This document shows positions 39,469 through 53,195 of a DNA stretch of 64,000 nucleotides, in pieces. The stretch comes from Amphiscolops sp. MND2022 (taxonomy: Eukaryota). A model generated the notes under the pieces. The model did no database searches and was not told the DNA's origin. It saw only the letters and a program-made list of their open reading frames with translations. The DNA is taken from the NCBI GenBank assembly GCA_964187785.1, contig OZ076409.1, positions 42,596,001 to 42,660,000 on the forward strand. The letters are read 5' to 3'. The position numbers were made by a program, and so were the translations under genes. The first letter of the stretch is position 1; each line of letters begins with the position of its first letter.

Positions 39469-42411
39469 GACCTTTGGCGAAGTTCAAAAATTGTCAAAAA
39501 CGTAGCTTTGTGCCGAAAAAACCTTAAGTTTGACCCTTTGGGCCTAAAAGAGACCTTTCCTAATCTCATATTGTCAAAAAGCTCTGAAGGCCTTTTGAGG
39601 AAATTGAAAATATTTCAAATAAAGACTAACTTGCTGAAAAAACCAAAAGGGTAGCCTTTGTACTTTTTTCATACCCGTATGTGATACAAAACGTGGAAAA
39701 TTGAAAAGGAGGATTTTTAGCACGTTTTAGTGCACTTTCTTTCTTAGGCTAGACGATTTTGAAGTGGACTTTTCAGTGTGAAAATTGTCATCTTACAAAA
39801 AAGTTATTAAAAACTCGCCACACTTAAAAAAGCGCCCAGTAAGAAAGACAAAGTATATTGTCAAAACAATCTACATTTTTCTGTCTTCGAAACTCGGTGT
39901 TACATTTTTTGCAATTCGACATATTAACCGCCTAAAACCAAATCGTTTCAGAATAACTACCATTCAACAATTTGAAACCATGATTTAACAGAAAACGAGT
40001 GGGAAACCCTTCAGCTACTGATATCAGGATACAGTAAACGTAGCTACAGAGATAACCTTGTAAACGTCCTTTGTTATTTTGAAACGTCACTCAAATGCTT
40101 GGTAATATCTTCTCTATGACGTTTCAACTCCTCTGATTAAGTTCAATCGACCTGAGAATGATGAATGGTATCATAAACCAGAACAAGCGAATAACCAGAA
40201 CAAGTACATTTCTTGTTTGCGTGTCACGTTTTTGTCAGTGAGTGTTAACCGGAACGAAATGACAACTTTTCCAGCAATCATAAAATTAAACAAATACTGT
40301 TGTAATCACTCAATTGCAAAAAAATTCTCATCTGATTTCAGCAAAGTCATAAATGACAGGTCAAGCTTGTAAAATTACTAAGCTTGTAAGAATTACTCAG
40401 CACTGAGAAAAAAAGCATCCTTTAATTTGATTTTCGATGTTTTTTTTCTGAAAAGATTATCGGTCAGACATAGTCGTTCGAAATTTTGTTGAAATTTTCA
40501 TTTCTTCAGTCCCTTGTTCCCATAGAAGTTTGGTGGTACCCATCTATAAGTCTGTTTTCAAAAAGTTTTTCAAAAAGCCCGCTTCTCAAAAAAGTTTTTA
40601 GTAATTATAAACTCTAACCATTCTATTACTGGTAAAAAAAATATCGGACTGAAGTTTCAATATGGACCTAGAAGTCTGCAAAAAAGGCCACGTTCTTTAA
40701 TTCAGAGTATTTGCCGAAAACTACAAAAAAAATTTGGTTCAAATCAGAAGAAAGAGTGATGAACGTTCAATCAGTAGGTATAATCGGTTCAAGAATTTTG
40801 GCTAACATTTTTTAATCATAAGCCCTGGAAGCATGTATAGTGTGTATTTTTTTATGATATTGTTGTGATACAATTAAGATACGCAGCCTAATTTGTATAA
40901 TTCAGTCCAAGAGGTGGATTTAAATGTTTAATGTCTGTGATAACATGAATGGTAATACACCTGAATGGTATTAGCCCAGGATCTGTTGGGTCAAAATTTG
41001 ACAATTATCCCAGAAACCTCCATTTTAATCCTCTTTTCTCTTCTGAGAGTATAAACTTATCTGGTTTTCTGACACCTAAGTTTGTAAAAGTGATTTATAG
41101 GATTTTGTTCACACACAAAGAACCAATTCAATGGATGCTTTTCTTTGTTTTTTCTCCAATGGGTTTCGATTCCACAATAATCTCTATACAAAATCAGATG
41201 CGGATTTGCCTCGTTTTTTTGCGTCTTTTTGTAGTTGCAAAATCAAACGAAATCGATTGAATTGCTTCCCTGTAAATCTTATTGATAGTCCCTTTTGTTC
41301 ATTGCTTTACATGTATAGAATAGAGCGAGGTGCCCATTTGTTCAAAGATTTTGTACGTCATTCGTTTGACGCTTTTACGCCCGCAATTTAGAATAGGCAA
41401 TAATTTTATGACAATCCTTTTGTTAGACAGGTAGTTATATCAAAATTTATTACTAGAGGTTAAACCTAATTGAAAAAGCGTAATATAAATCTACTCAAAC
41501 CTCCTCCAAGATGACAAATCTTTTCATTTTTTGTTCACGGCTCAGCTGAGGATCCGGGAAATAATACTCCAAAAGTTATTTTCTCAGGAATTAAATCAAA
41601 CTGATTTTTTATCCTTATATTTCCATATTAATCTACTATATTATTCTTTTGTTAGGCGCGATGAAAAAACTACTTAACTTCTATGGTTTTAGTGATTGAT
41701 GTGTCCCATTAGCGGATATTAAAAAAGGTTCATTCAAATAAGTGAAAAATTTCGAGACTGAAAAATTGTCTGAATGTGATTGTCTGCAAGTTTTGTGGAC
41801 TGAAACATTGCACTGTTCATTTACTTGCACAAGTGGAAAGTTTACATAATCAGTTAGTTACTAGTGATGCCACCAATGTCCGGTTTGACATTTTAGAGGC
41901 ATGTACACCCCAACTGAACCTCGTGGACTGGGTGCGTCGAAGTAACAAAACAATCACCTGTATCCAAACCCCCGCACCAACCAACCAATTCCCCCGATGT
42001 CCTACAAAATGTTTTAAGCTGCAAAATTCGGTTCATTTAGGAAAGAACCAAGCGAGAAACTTATCAAAATCCTACAACTTGAAGATACATTTTTTAACGG
42101 AGCCGACTTTGAAGACTTCCCTTTTTGAAATTGCTTGAACTTCTTGCATGTTCTTCAAAGTTGCCAGAAACTTTTAAAAATGATTTTCCAAAACTCTTAC
42201 GGAAACGTTTACGCGAAAATATTTCCCTGTTTTATTCGACTTTTATCAAGCTTCTTGAAAGAAGAATCCTAAACATGGCGACAATTTTAAGCCGTGAAGT
42301 TTTGCAGGTTTCATTGTGCATCAACTGTATTTTAAATGAGGCGTAGACTTTAAATAATACAAAATAACTTCAGTTACGCTATGAGCAGCGAACAAGCGTC
42401 ATATTCGTCGT

Positions 42412-43012
42412 GGGGAGGCGGAAATTTCGTCATCAGAAATTTCGTCGTAAGAAACTTCGTCGTATTAGCAAATCCAGAAATTTCGTCGGCAGAAATTTCA
42501 TTGTATTGATTAGAATTAACAACGTTCACGAAAAAAATTAATTTGAATTATTCAATTATTTGATTGCTAAAATGAGATCTTAAGAACGAATCTCATTTTT
42601 ACACCACACTTGAGTCAAAAAGTTAATTGCATCCAATCAACTCATCAAGACGCTTATTGAGCAATGGTATTGTTTCAGTCATACCGGCGGAACTACTTAC
42701 CTGGGGTTTACAATACAATTTAAGCTTGTTCCAGGGGTGATTTTTTGCTATTGTCAGAAAATTAAAAAAAAAAACTTTCGTAATTTTTGCTTTAAGTGTC
42801 GAAACAACATCGTTTTGGGGGATAAGAAACAAGGTGTCTCTTTGGGAAAGGAACATGTTCCGAAACTTTTCTCTCAAAATAAAATCAATAATAAGACTAT
42901 TCCTAAGAGATTAGAGAAAAATCGACGTTTTATAGAACGTAATCACCGACGACAAAATTACGAAACTTCTGACGACGAAATTTCCGCCGTCGAAATTTCT
43001 GGTAATCTCCCC
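42412..43012. mobile_element. MITE-like element with GGGGAG...CTCCCC ends and GAAATTTCGTCG sub-terminal repeats
   Basis: Five GAAATTTCGTC-like motifs at the left end and inverted GACGAAATTTC motifs at the right end; the left TIR lacks about 18 bp present on the right. Confidence 0.75.
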
Positions 43013-43194
43013 ATGTTAGTTGAGATGCGCAGATCACATCAGACGAGTAGGTGAGAAATGAAGGCATGAATACAACGTGATCGCGTCGCTACTGAAAATG
43101 CAAAGATTTTCATTTTGAATTTCAGTAGTGGTAACTGCCTGGTAATCCTACAAGATTCACTGCCGGCTTCTCACTAACTTTCTAGGTTTTATCG

Positions 43195-43978
43195 AAAGTA
43201 ACCGCTCAAGTCGGCTCCCAGCTCAAGTTTCAAAACCTTAAAGTTTTTCAAATCTACAAAAGGACGCTATTGTTAAGATGCAATCAATTTTACAGTGCCG
43301 GGAAATACCCGAAGAGATGCTTTACTAAAATGCTTTATTCCGAACTGAAAACATCTTAAAAACAAATTTGTAAAATTGTGAAAGATTTTTCGAAAAAGTT
43401 TTTTGGCGGAAAAAATCGCCGCACACTGCCGAAAAAACGGAAGTCATTTCCACAATTATTAAGAAAAATCTCGCCAAATCCACAGGACCAAAACATAAGT
43501 GTGTTGAATATGCGAAACAACTTTAATGTGAAAAAATTTATCAATTTTACTGTGCTGAAATCACCCGAAAAACCGAAAAATTTTCGGAGAAAAAAATATG
43601 TATTTCTCATTGCGCAGAGAAACACCAAAGGAGAACATCAAGTTCCCAAATCGTTTTTACAAGCCAAAAATATTCAAAATGAAGGGGTATCAATTGATCA
43701 ATTTAGTTTTTTCGAAAAAAAGTATGGAAAAGTTCACTTCGGTTTTAAAAGGTCAGAAAAATGTCGCAAAGTGCCAAAAACTTCCAAGGGGCCCTTTGGT
43801 CTTCTCTTTACTTTTGCAAGCGTAAAATGTTTTTGGTTTAGTGCGTGTCTCCAGCCCACACTCTTCTGCTTCTTAGACCTCAGAACATCCAGGTTAACAT
43901 CAGAAAATCCAGTTCGCTGGTCCGAAAAAAGCCACTGCAATTGCCGAGTCTTTTCGTCGCAAAGCGCTGACAAAAAAT
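43195..43978 (-). mobile_element. Diverged relative of the HINE-like family
   Basis: AAGTCGGCTC near the left end, AAATCGCCGCACACTGCCGAAAAA and GGGGCCCTTTGG core motifs, AAAGCGCTGACAAAAAA right end. Confidence 0.5.
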
Positions 43979-44219
43979 AGGGTAATCCATCGCACAACCA
44001 TCGATGAAATTACAAAAACCTACGCAAATCCAATGAGGAGAGGCATCTAGGTCACAAATGTTTGATTATTGAGATTTTAGAAAGGCCCAAATTTGTTGAG
44101 AAAGATCAACGAAATATTGCACGAGAAAGTCGCACAGTGCAGAAAAACCAAATGTAGATCCTTTAGGCTCCCTACATTCTTTTCTCCAACCGAAACAATC
44201 ACAAAATGGAAAAAGAATC

Positions 44220-44900
44220 TGAAAAGGCCTGAAAACCAGTACAGAAAAAAGTCCTCAAATCGGGTGTCTTTACAGAACCATAACTCCGACCCCAATGGAA
44301 GAATCAACCCCAAAACAGCGGTGACCCCCCTTTTTTGAGCAAACTACCGATTTAGCACAAAAAACTGGAAATCGAAGCAACTTTTTTTTCAAAAAAAAGT
44401 TTTAATGTGAGGTTTTTGGACTTTTCGATAAATATTCCACTTTTCGGGCAAATGTCGTCCTCCATTTCCTCTTTAACTCACTTTAGTCCTCATATTTGTT
44501 TGTGATCGTGTTGTGCGAACATATTTGGGTATTTGTAGCCAATATTAGCCTACCGAGATAGGCAGAAAGTGCCCAAGATAGTGTATTTACTGATCACGAT
44601 AAGGTAGTTAATTGTTGTAAATCAGCGGATATACTCTCATAACTTTATATTTACGCATAAATATTTACTTCAATATTGTTTACTTTATTGATAGATGTAC
44701 CTGAGAAGTTGTATAACCATATTAGAACGGAAAATTGACTTCTTGAAAGCAAGTTGTAAGTGTTTTTAGAAGTTGAAATATTCAGTTTTCATCACGGATT
44801 TGTAGAGTTTTCGGGAACTTTACAATTTTTTGCAAGCTAAAATTATCCCAGGGACAGGCCGACGGTTCGAACGCCTTAGCTACTAAAATCAGCCTTTACA
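44220..44900 (+). repeat. 5' LTR of BEL/Pao element
   Basis: TGAAAAGGCCTGA...TCAGCCTTTACA with imperfect terminal inverted repeats; direct repeat of 51646-52323. Confidence 0.97.
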
Positions 44901-44903
44901 TTT

Positions 44904-44920
44904 TGGTGCCGCGACCCGGA
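44904..44920 (+). promoter_or_regulatory. Primer binding site, tRNA-His-like
   Basis: TGGTGCCGCGACCCGGA, 3 nt after the LTR; resembles the canonical tRNA-His PBS TGGTGCCGTGACTCGGA. Confidence 0.8.
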
Positions 44921-45137
44921 AGGTTGCGTTATAATTCACTATCTTTGACTTCTGTTCTTCTTTTCTCAGCTTTGTTAGATTTGCAGATACCCAACTGGTT
45001 TGCTCAAATCTTGAAGAAGAGCAAAATTCTCATTAAACTGGACATTGTATTCACGTCACAGAGGACCTAACTTATTGTCCATCGGGTTGACCAAATTACT
45101 ACATAGCAGGTAATTTAGCAGAAGTTACTGTACAAGG

Positions 45138-48100
45138 ATGGCGACATTTGACCTAACCGACCCGAAGGTAATGACAGTAAAGAAGGGCAGAACAACACAG
45201 GTGTTGTTATTTTCGGATGCCTTGAAGAACTCATCCACTGCTGCAGAATGGAGAGAACACGAAGTGCGATTTGCTAAAACAATTGAAGCAATAGCACAGA
45301 TATCTTCGAAATTCGAGGAACTGAAATCTAAAGGAAAAGATTACGAACCCAGTCTATACGAAATGGGTAGTCTTTATCAAGACTATAGCAAATCCATTGA
45401 AGGAATAAATAACGAATGCAACAGTTGCATTCACCTGCTCAAAGACAAGTACCAGTCAGAGCGTCGCATGTCTTGTCTTGTCAAACGAGTGGGCTTGAGC
45501 AACTTTACAAAGAATGCTCAACAATGTTCAGCAAACTGAAAGAATGTGAAACAGTTCATCCTAATTTGAAGGATAAAGGTCAGTTTCTAGGTTACTGTAA
45601 GTTATCAGATCAATTTAACGACGCCCGTGTCAAGATTCAAGATAAAATAGTCAAGACTGATTCATTGATTGCACAGGGCGCTAGATCAACTAAGGTCAAA
45701 TCAGCTTTACCAAAGGTTCGAGAGATGAAAGACGAAATGGACAGAGCTCTGAAGGAGCAACGAACTCTGATGAATCTGCGTTTTGGCAATCGCGAGTTCT
45801 TTGCACCGAAGGAAGCCATTCTAGCTGAAGTCGAGAGAGAACTTCAGAAAGCAACAATTGAATGGATCGGCTATGTAGATCCATAGAGCAAGGATACCAA
45901 CACCGCACCAGAAAACCTTGCAGCAGCAGATGCCACGATAGTCGAAGAACGCTCGGAAACCCACAATCTCTCGACTAAACCCGAAACAGATCAGGGTAAA
46001 CGCAAGAAAAGTGCTGTCGAGAAATTGGATCAGAGCTTGAAATTACCGAAGAGTTTTAATGACACAATTTCTCGAGACGAGTCAAGTAAATACGAGGAAG
46101 GCTCTACGAAATACGAAGCTCCGGCAGACAAAAGTCAGGAGCTGAAGCCATCAACCAGTAATTTTCCATCGACGATGAAAAGTGCTGCCAGTGAGCCTTC
46201 GAAGTATCAACATTCCAACACCGGTTCTCGATCTTCACGACTCAGTGAACGTCGGCGCCTTGAAAGTCGAGCCAAACTGCTGGAGCAAGAGTCGCGAATG
46301 GCGATTGGGAAAAAAGAAAGAGAATTAGAGCTGAAACGCAAGCAGCGACAACTGGAAATGGAGATGGAATTGAAACTCGAAGAAATGCAAGCTGAAACAG
46401 AGTTGGCTGATTTACGGGATCAGACCTCCCTGAAGATGCAGGAAATTAAACTTCAAATCGAAGAAGCAGAAGGCTCTTGTAATGGGTCAACTGTTAGTCC
46501 AAGTCTGATGTCGATATCAATTGAAGCCGATAAGAACAGCGACATCAAAAGCTGGTTAGATCAAAACAGCGACGTTGTAGATATTCCAAAGCCAAATTCG
46601 CAGAATGTTGTGCAAACTGCAGAAGGAAACACTGTTATCTCAAACGACCCAGTGGCTTCAAGAATTTGTAGAGGACAACCCTCGAAAGTAAATGAGCGGA
46701 AGGACCCTTCTATTGACCGCAAAGGCGGAAGGGTAAGTGACCGAGGTGACAGAAGCAAAAGTCGTTCAAAATCAAGAACATTCTCACCGAAACGACATTT
46801 CAATGCGAATTGCGAAGTGCCCAACAGGGTCTCACGTTTCGATTCCTTGCCTGGCCAACAACCTGTCCTGCCCCAGTGGACAGTCCAAACATCCAGTCTA
46901 CCGAAACTGAAGATGACTGAATTTGCAGGTGATCCTTTGGAGTGGCCTGAATGGTCCAGTCTATTTAATGCAGTTATTCACAATGCGCCAATCAACGACA
47001 ACGCGAAAAGGAGCCATTTGAAGACGTTGGTGAAAGGCAAAGCCAAAGCCGCAATCGCAGGCCTTGGTTACTCTGGGGCGTTATATCACAATGCCTGGGA
47101 CACGTTAGTCCGCAACTTTGGTCGACCCCAGACAGTGGTTAATGCTCAAATGAAACTCATCCACACGTACCCTTTCATCAAGTCTCACGACTGGGCGGCA
47201 ATTATCAAATATGCCCAACTCATAACGACGTGTGTTAGTGTTTTAAATCAGTACGGCTTTACTGGTGATCTTAGCTCAGAGTCTGTTTTGAACAGCGCCG
47301 TAAGAAAACTACCTCCAGAGCTGAAAACGAAATGGTTGTTCTTTGCAAAAGGGCAAAAATACCAAACTGCAAACTTCATTAAATTTAGTGGGTGGTTGAA
47401 CGACATTGCATTCGTTCATGACGAACTGCTCGTTCAATTCAGGCAAAGCAACGACAAGAAGCAGTCCACGTCATCTGACCGAACAAAAACAACAGGATCT
47501 TCTATGTCCGCGACTGCCAACGAGACTGGGTTGTCTACCTTTTATTCTATCCCAAAAGATCCAATCAAATGTTTTGTCTGCGGTGATACCCATGGATTAT
47601 GGGCTTGTGATGCCTTCAAGAAACTGGCTCCTATAGACAGATACAAAAGGGTGAAGGAGAACAGATTGTGCTTCCTATGTTTCCGTGGGACACATGCTGT
47701 GAAGGATTGCAAGATGAAAGAATGTGGAATCGACGGCTGCAAAAGACGTCACAACAGAATACTGCACCGACCGGAAGAGACCAAAAACTCTAATACAACG
47801 TCAACGGAGATTGTGGAGACTCATGCAAGCGTACGTTTGAAAACATTTGGCATTCTATTTGTGTACAAAGTGGAGCTCTCAAACGATGGGAACAGGGTGA
47901 AACTCCTTGCGTTAGTTGATAGTGGATCTAGTCTGTCATGGATTAATAAAACGTCAGCAGATCAACTTAATCCGCAAGGAGTCAAGCGTAGTTTAACTGT
48001 CAGTGGAATAAATAGTACTGGATGTCACGAAAGTGAGATTGTTAATGTCACCATTCATCCGAAGGACTACGGAGACGAGGATATCCAGATGGCTATTCAT

Positions 48101-51100
48101 CAAAAGCTTGTCATTGGCGAGAGTTCTTACGATATTCGAAAAATGCAGAGTCAGTACCCTCAACTGACTAAAGTTCCATCAAACAACTTCAACCTGAAAG
48201 ACGTCAAAGTTATCCTTGGAACAGATTGCTTCTCATTGACTCGACCCTTAGAATATCAACGTGGACAGCCAGGTGAGCCGGGGCAGTTCGATGTTCTTTG
48301 GGGTGGACAGTCAGTGGACCATTGCCAAAAAAGATTGTGTCGTCACTGACATCATGTCATAGTTCGGTTTATCAATCTGCAGACTTCGACTTGAACGAGC
48401 AAATCAAGACATGGTGGGACAACGAAAGTTATGGTTCACGAGTGAAAGTGGACGGGCGATCCAGATCAGATGTTAAAGCACTCGAAATTTTGGAAAAGAC
48501 AACGCACTGTGAAAATGACAGGTATACCGTGGGAATGTTGTGGAATTCTCCCCGTTCCAGACTTCCGAACAATGATCGTAGTGCAGTTAAACAGTTCTTG
48601 TCACTCGAAAATCGACTGGCCAAGAACCCAGAACTCAAAGATGCGTATTCAGATACAATCAAGACGGATAAAGATTCGGGCTATATTCGGATAATTGAAC
48701 CAACCGAGGTTCAAGAGACTATGGTATCTGCCCCATCACCTTGTAATCAACCCGAACAAACCTGGAAAAGTAAGGCGCGTCTGTAATGCAGCTAGCGAAT
48801 TCGAGGGATATTCATTGAACAAAAGTCTCATCATTGGTCCTGATTTACTACAAAATCTTGTGGGGATCATCTTCCGGTTCCGGGAGAAGCCGTTTGGCAT
48901 GAGCGCAGACATTGAAGCAATGTTCTTGCAGGTGCAAGTCCCTCCTGAAGATGCTAAATGCCTTCGTTTCGCTTGGCGAGAAAATCAATCAGACGACATA
49001 TCCACGTATGAACACACTCGGCATATATTTGGAGCCAAAGACTCGCCAACATGTGCAAATTATGCTTTGCAACGCACCGCCATAGACAATGAAGAAGAAT
49101 TCCCAGTCGCTTCTAGAATTGTGAAGCGAAATTTCTATATGGACGACTTCTTGTATTCTGCGGAAAATATCCAGGAAGCTGAATCTGTGAAACAGAACCT
49201 GATATCTCTCTTGCAGAAAGGCGGATTCAAGTTTTCCAAATGGCAATCAAAGGTGAAAGAATTGTGCGAGAAAGACAGTGACCTGGAGAATGTTACTGCT
49301 TTGGGTTTGGAATGGAATCTCACCTCGGATGATCTCAAATTTTGCCGTGGTTTTGCAGGCAAAGAGCATGCCATAATCACACATGCCGTGGCATCCTCCA
49401 TCTTTAATCCGTTGGGACTGGCTTCACCCTTCACAATCAGAATTCGTCTTATTTTACGACTTATTTGGCAGAAGGTTTTGAAATCTTGGGATGAAAAAAA
49501 TCCACAAGATGTTGCAAAACAATATCATGAATGGTTACAAGAAATTCCAGCCCTCAAGGACTTCTCAATAAACCGGCATTATGGCTGGCAGCGTGGCAGT
49601 AGTGTACAATTACATGTGTTTGCCGATGCATCAGAAATGGGACTTTGTGTCGTCGCCTACTTGAGGTTCGAGATTGATAGTAAAGTCAAAGTTTCTTTCG
49701 TAATGGGGAAAACAAGAGTGGCTACCGTCAAAACTACTACAATTCCAAAACTGGAGCTTCAAGCAGCCCTTCATGCTTCACGGATAAAAGTATCCATCAT
49801 AGAAGAACACGATTTCACCATAAATCAAGTTTTCATGTGGAGTGATTCATTAAATGTGATACAATGGTTGAATGCATTTGAAAAGAAGCAACAAATTTTT
49901 GTTGCGAATCGCATTGGAGAAATTTTGGAAAACACCAAGCTGGGTGAATGGAATCATATCCCTGGCGCACAAAATCCAGCAGATCTTGGCACGAGAGGGA
50001 TGAGAGCCAATGAAATTGCGTCGAGTGTGTGGCTGAACGGGCCGGCGTGGCTGATTGAGAACGAAGCTCACTGGCCAAAAGCTACTACTGCGTGCACCAA
50101 TGTTGAAGACACTCCAGAAACGTCTCAAGTGGTTACTCGATTGCCAAACAAGCCACTTGAGATACAATGGGAACGATTTAGTTCTTGGACTAAATTAATT
50201 CACACAATTTGCTACATATTGCGCTGGAGACGACGCAATTAAAATAGAGGAGTGATTTCATTGGACGAATATCACTATGCAGAGCGAATCACATTCAAAT
50301 TGATTCAAAAGGAATCTTTTACGGCAGAATATGATACCCTAGTCAATGGAAAAGAGTTATCTTCCAAATCAAACATTGCACAACTTTGCCCATTTCTAGA
50401 TGATCAAGGTATTATGAGAGCACGTGGGCGTTTATCAAAAGCAGATTTCGAATTCGATACTAAACACCCAATTCTTCTGCCATCCAAAAATCCTGCAACA
50501 CGATTGATGATGCTTAAATGTCATTTGGACAATTATCATCAAGGTGTTGAGAGTATGCGACATGGATTGCAACAGAAATTCTGGGTATTGGGCCACAGAA
50601 ACGCCTTGCGGAACATCAAAAGTCGCTGCGTTCCATGTAAGAAATACAGCGCCGTTGTCCAAGCTCCAATCATGGCTGACTTACCAAAAGAAAGAGTTGA
50701 GAAAGTAGATTTTCCTTTTACTTATGTTGGAGTCGATTATTTTGGGACCATAGAGGTAAAATACATAAGAAAAACCTTGAAGAGATGGTTGTGTGTCTTT
50801 ACCTGCCTGTCGACAAGGGCCATACATCTTGAAATGGTGTATTCGCTAGATACTGACACCTGTCTGAGTGCTGTTTTACGATTCATTGCCAGAAGAGGTC
50901 ACCCATCAACAATTTGGAGCGATAATGGTACAAACTTCGTTGGTGCGAAGAACGAGCTGAAGCAGTTAGCATCAATGTGGCAAAATCGCGATTTCCAAGA
51001 AAAACTTCAGCAAAAGAAGATTGTTTGGAAATTCAACCAGGTTGCAGCGCCACATTTCGGAAGTTCGTGGGAGCGAATGGTGAAGACATGCAAACAGGCC

Positions 51101-51658
51101 ATATACCACGTTCTGAATGGTCAGAGGCTTACTGACGAGCTTTTAGCTACGATTCTTTGTCTCACGGAGCAACTGCTAAATTCTCGGCCCCTGACACCTA
51201 ACTCTAATGATCCCTCCGACATGGAGGCTTTGGCACCTCATCATTTTCTATTGGGCCGGCCGAGTATTGCTATTCCATATTTGCCAGATGCGCAAAAGAA
51301 CCAAAATCACAGGAAAATGTTCCGGGTGGCTCAGGCTCACATGGACAACATTTGGGCAAGATGGTTGAAAGAGTACCTTCCGGTGCACAATATTCGCCAG
51401 AAATGGTACAAGGAACGTCCTCAATTGAAACAAAACGACCTGGTGTGGATTATCGACCATCGTGAAAAACGCGGTTTTTACCGCCTTGGTAGTGTCAAAA
51501 GGTGCCATTTTGGGAATGATGGCAATATCCGATCTTGTGACATCCTAACCCAATCTGGAGTTGTTTCTCGACCTACAGTCAAGTTGTCCCGTGTATTGGA
51601 CGACATTGGGTGCGTTCCTCCGCAAGAGAAACACAGGGCCGGCGATGAAAAGGCCTGA
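45138..51658 (+). pseudogene. BEL/Pao gag-pol polyprotein, broken by frameshifts (about 45500, 48290, 48715) and in-frame stops (45884, 50240)
   Basis: LPKLKMTEFAGDPLEWPEW (DUF1759-like), CFVCGDTHGLWAC / CFLCFRGTHAVKDC / CGIDGCKRRHNRILH, ALVDSGS, WYLPHH, ADIEAMFLQV, FYMDD, LHVFADAS, TIPKLEL, NPADLGTRG, GVDYFG, SDNGTNF, WERMV; the final stop lies inside the 3' LTR. Confidence 0.95.
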
Positions 51659-52323
51659 AAACCAGTACAGAAAAAAGTCCTCAAATCGGGTGTCTTTACA
51701 GAACCATAACTCCGACCCCAATGGAAGAATCAACCCCAAAACAGCGGTGACCCCCCTTTTTTGAGCAAACTAGCGATTTAGCACAAAAAACTGGAAATCG
51801 AAGCAACTTTTTTTTCAAAAATTTTTAATGTGGGGTTTTTGGACTTTTCGATCAATATTCCACTTTTCGGGCGAATGTCGTCCTCCATTTCTTGTTTAAC
51901 TCACTTTAGCCCTCATATTTGTTTGTGATCGTGTTGTGCGAACATATTTGGGTATTTGTAGCCAATATTAGCCTATCGAGATAGGCAGAAAGTGCCCAAG
52001 ATAGTGTATTTACTGATCACGATAAGCTAGTTACTTGTTGTAAATCAGCGGATATACTCTCATAACTTTATATTTACGCATAAATATTTACTTCTATATT
52101 GTTTACTTTATTAGTAGATGTACCTGAGAAGTTGTATAACCATATTAGAACGGAAAATTGACTTCTTGAAAGCAAGTTGTAAGTGTTTTTAGAAGTTGAA
52201 ATATTCAGTTTTCATCACGGATTTGTAGAGTTTTCTGGAACTTTACAGTTTTTTGCAAGTTAAAATTATCCCAGTGACAGGTCGACGGTTCGAACGCCTT
52301 AGCTACTAGAATCAGCCTTTACA
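51646..52323 (+). repeat. 3' LTR of BEL/Pao element
   Basis: About 20 substitutions and a 3-bp length difference versus the 5' LTR (roughly 97% by eye); preceded by ACAGGGCCGGCGA. Confidence 0.97.
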
Positions 52324-52354
52324 GAATCCTTTGCTGAAATGAAGAGTAATATCG

Positions 52355-52837
52355 AACCAACCGGATCCGGCCCACGTCGGCGCCATATCTCAGGCTCAAA
52401 ACTAGCAAAAGGACTTCAAAATGTCAAAGTATTGGTGAATTGGGAACCCTTTTTTGCATGTTTTTGAAAAGTCTCACAAAGCCGAAAAAACTGAAAGAGG
52501 GGAACCCTTTGGGATTTTCAACATCCATTCTGTAGCAAAACTCCGAAAAAATTGAAGGGGGATCCTTTGGTGTAAAATTATTTCCCGAAACAAGTCTCAC
52601 ATTGCTGGAAAAAAACTGAAAGGGGACCCTTTGGTCTCGTCCGGTATTGTATGTTACGCGGGAACCCTTTTTGGTTCAGTTCCTTGGGCCAACGGGTACA
52701 ATTTGGCGTCTTCCTAAAATTTTGTAGAACTTTTGGTAGAACTATTTTGATCACTTCAGGTGGTCTTCAAAAAAACACTGACGAAAAACCATGACTATAG
52801 TCGATTCTTTTCTCAGGAAAAGCGCCGACTAAAAAAA
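52355..52837 (-). mobile_element. HINE-like element copy C
   Basis: GTCGGCGCCATATCTCAGGCTC near the left end, GGGGACCCTTTGG cores, GAAAAGCGCCGACTAAAAAAA right end. Confidence 0.75.
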
Positions 52838-53195
52838 CAAAATCCCCAGGTTTGCCTAGATCGCATTTTCAAACATTTCTATCGCGAAACATCGAAAAAA
52901 TTGAAGGGGTAACCTTTGGAGTCATTGAAAACGTTTCGCCGAAATGTCCCACAATGCCAAAAAATCTGGAAGGGGGACCCATTAGTCTCGCCCGGTATAG
53001 TATGTTACGCGAAAAAAAGGGAAACCTTTTTGAGTTTGTTAGGCTAGGCCAAATGGTTCAATTTCATACCATAAAATTTGTAGAACTTGTAGAACTATTT
53101 TGGTCACTTCAGGTGTATTGAAAAGAAAAATTAAAAAACCACTGACGAAAAACCATGACTAGTCGGTTCTTTCAAGAAAAGCGTCCACTAAAAAA
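52838..53195 (-). mobile_element. HINE-like element copy D (partial), directly abutting copy C
   Basis: Repeats the GTCTCGCCCGGTATAGTATGTTACGCG...CACTGACGAAAAACCATGACT...GAAAAGCGTCCACTAAAAAA part of copy C. Confidence 0.72.

Larger units (their letters stand above)
44220..52323 (+). mobile_element. Full-length BEL/Pao LTR retrotransposon (8104 bp), coding region disrupted
   Basis: TG...CA LTRs (681 and 678 bp), perfect 5-bp TSD GAATC (44215-44219, 52324-52328), PBS at 44904, BEL-type gag with three Cys/His knuckles, PR-RT-RH-IN order. Confidence 0.97.

Noticed and set aside
43378..43980. 200-aa K/F-rich ORF
   Set aside because: Lies within an A-run-rich non-autonomous repeat; low complexity and no domain motif.
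44077..44338. Duplicated ORFs at 44077-44338 and 51545-51764
   Set aside because: They result from the LTR duplication and are not genes.
44904..44920. tRNA gene
   Set aside because: Only the PBS complement of a tRNA 3' end; there is no cloverleaf.
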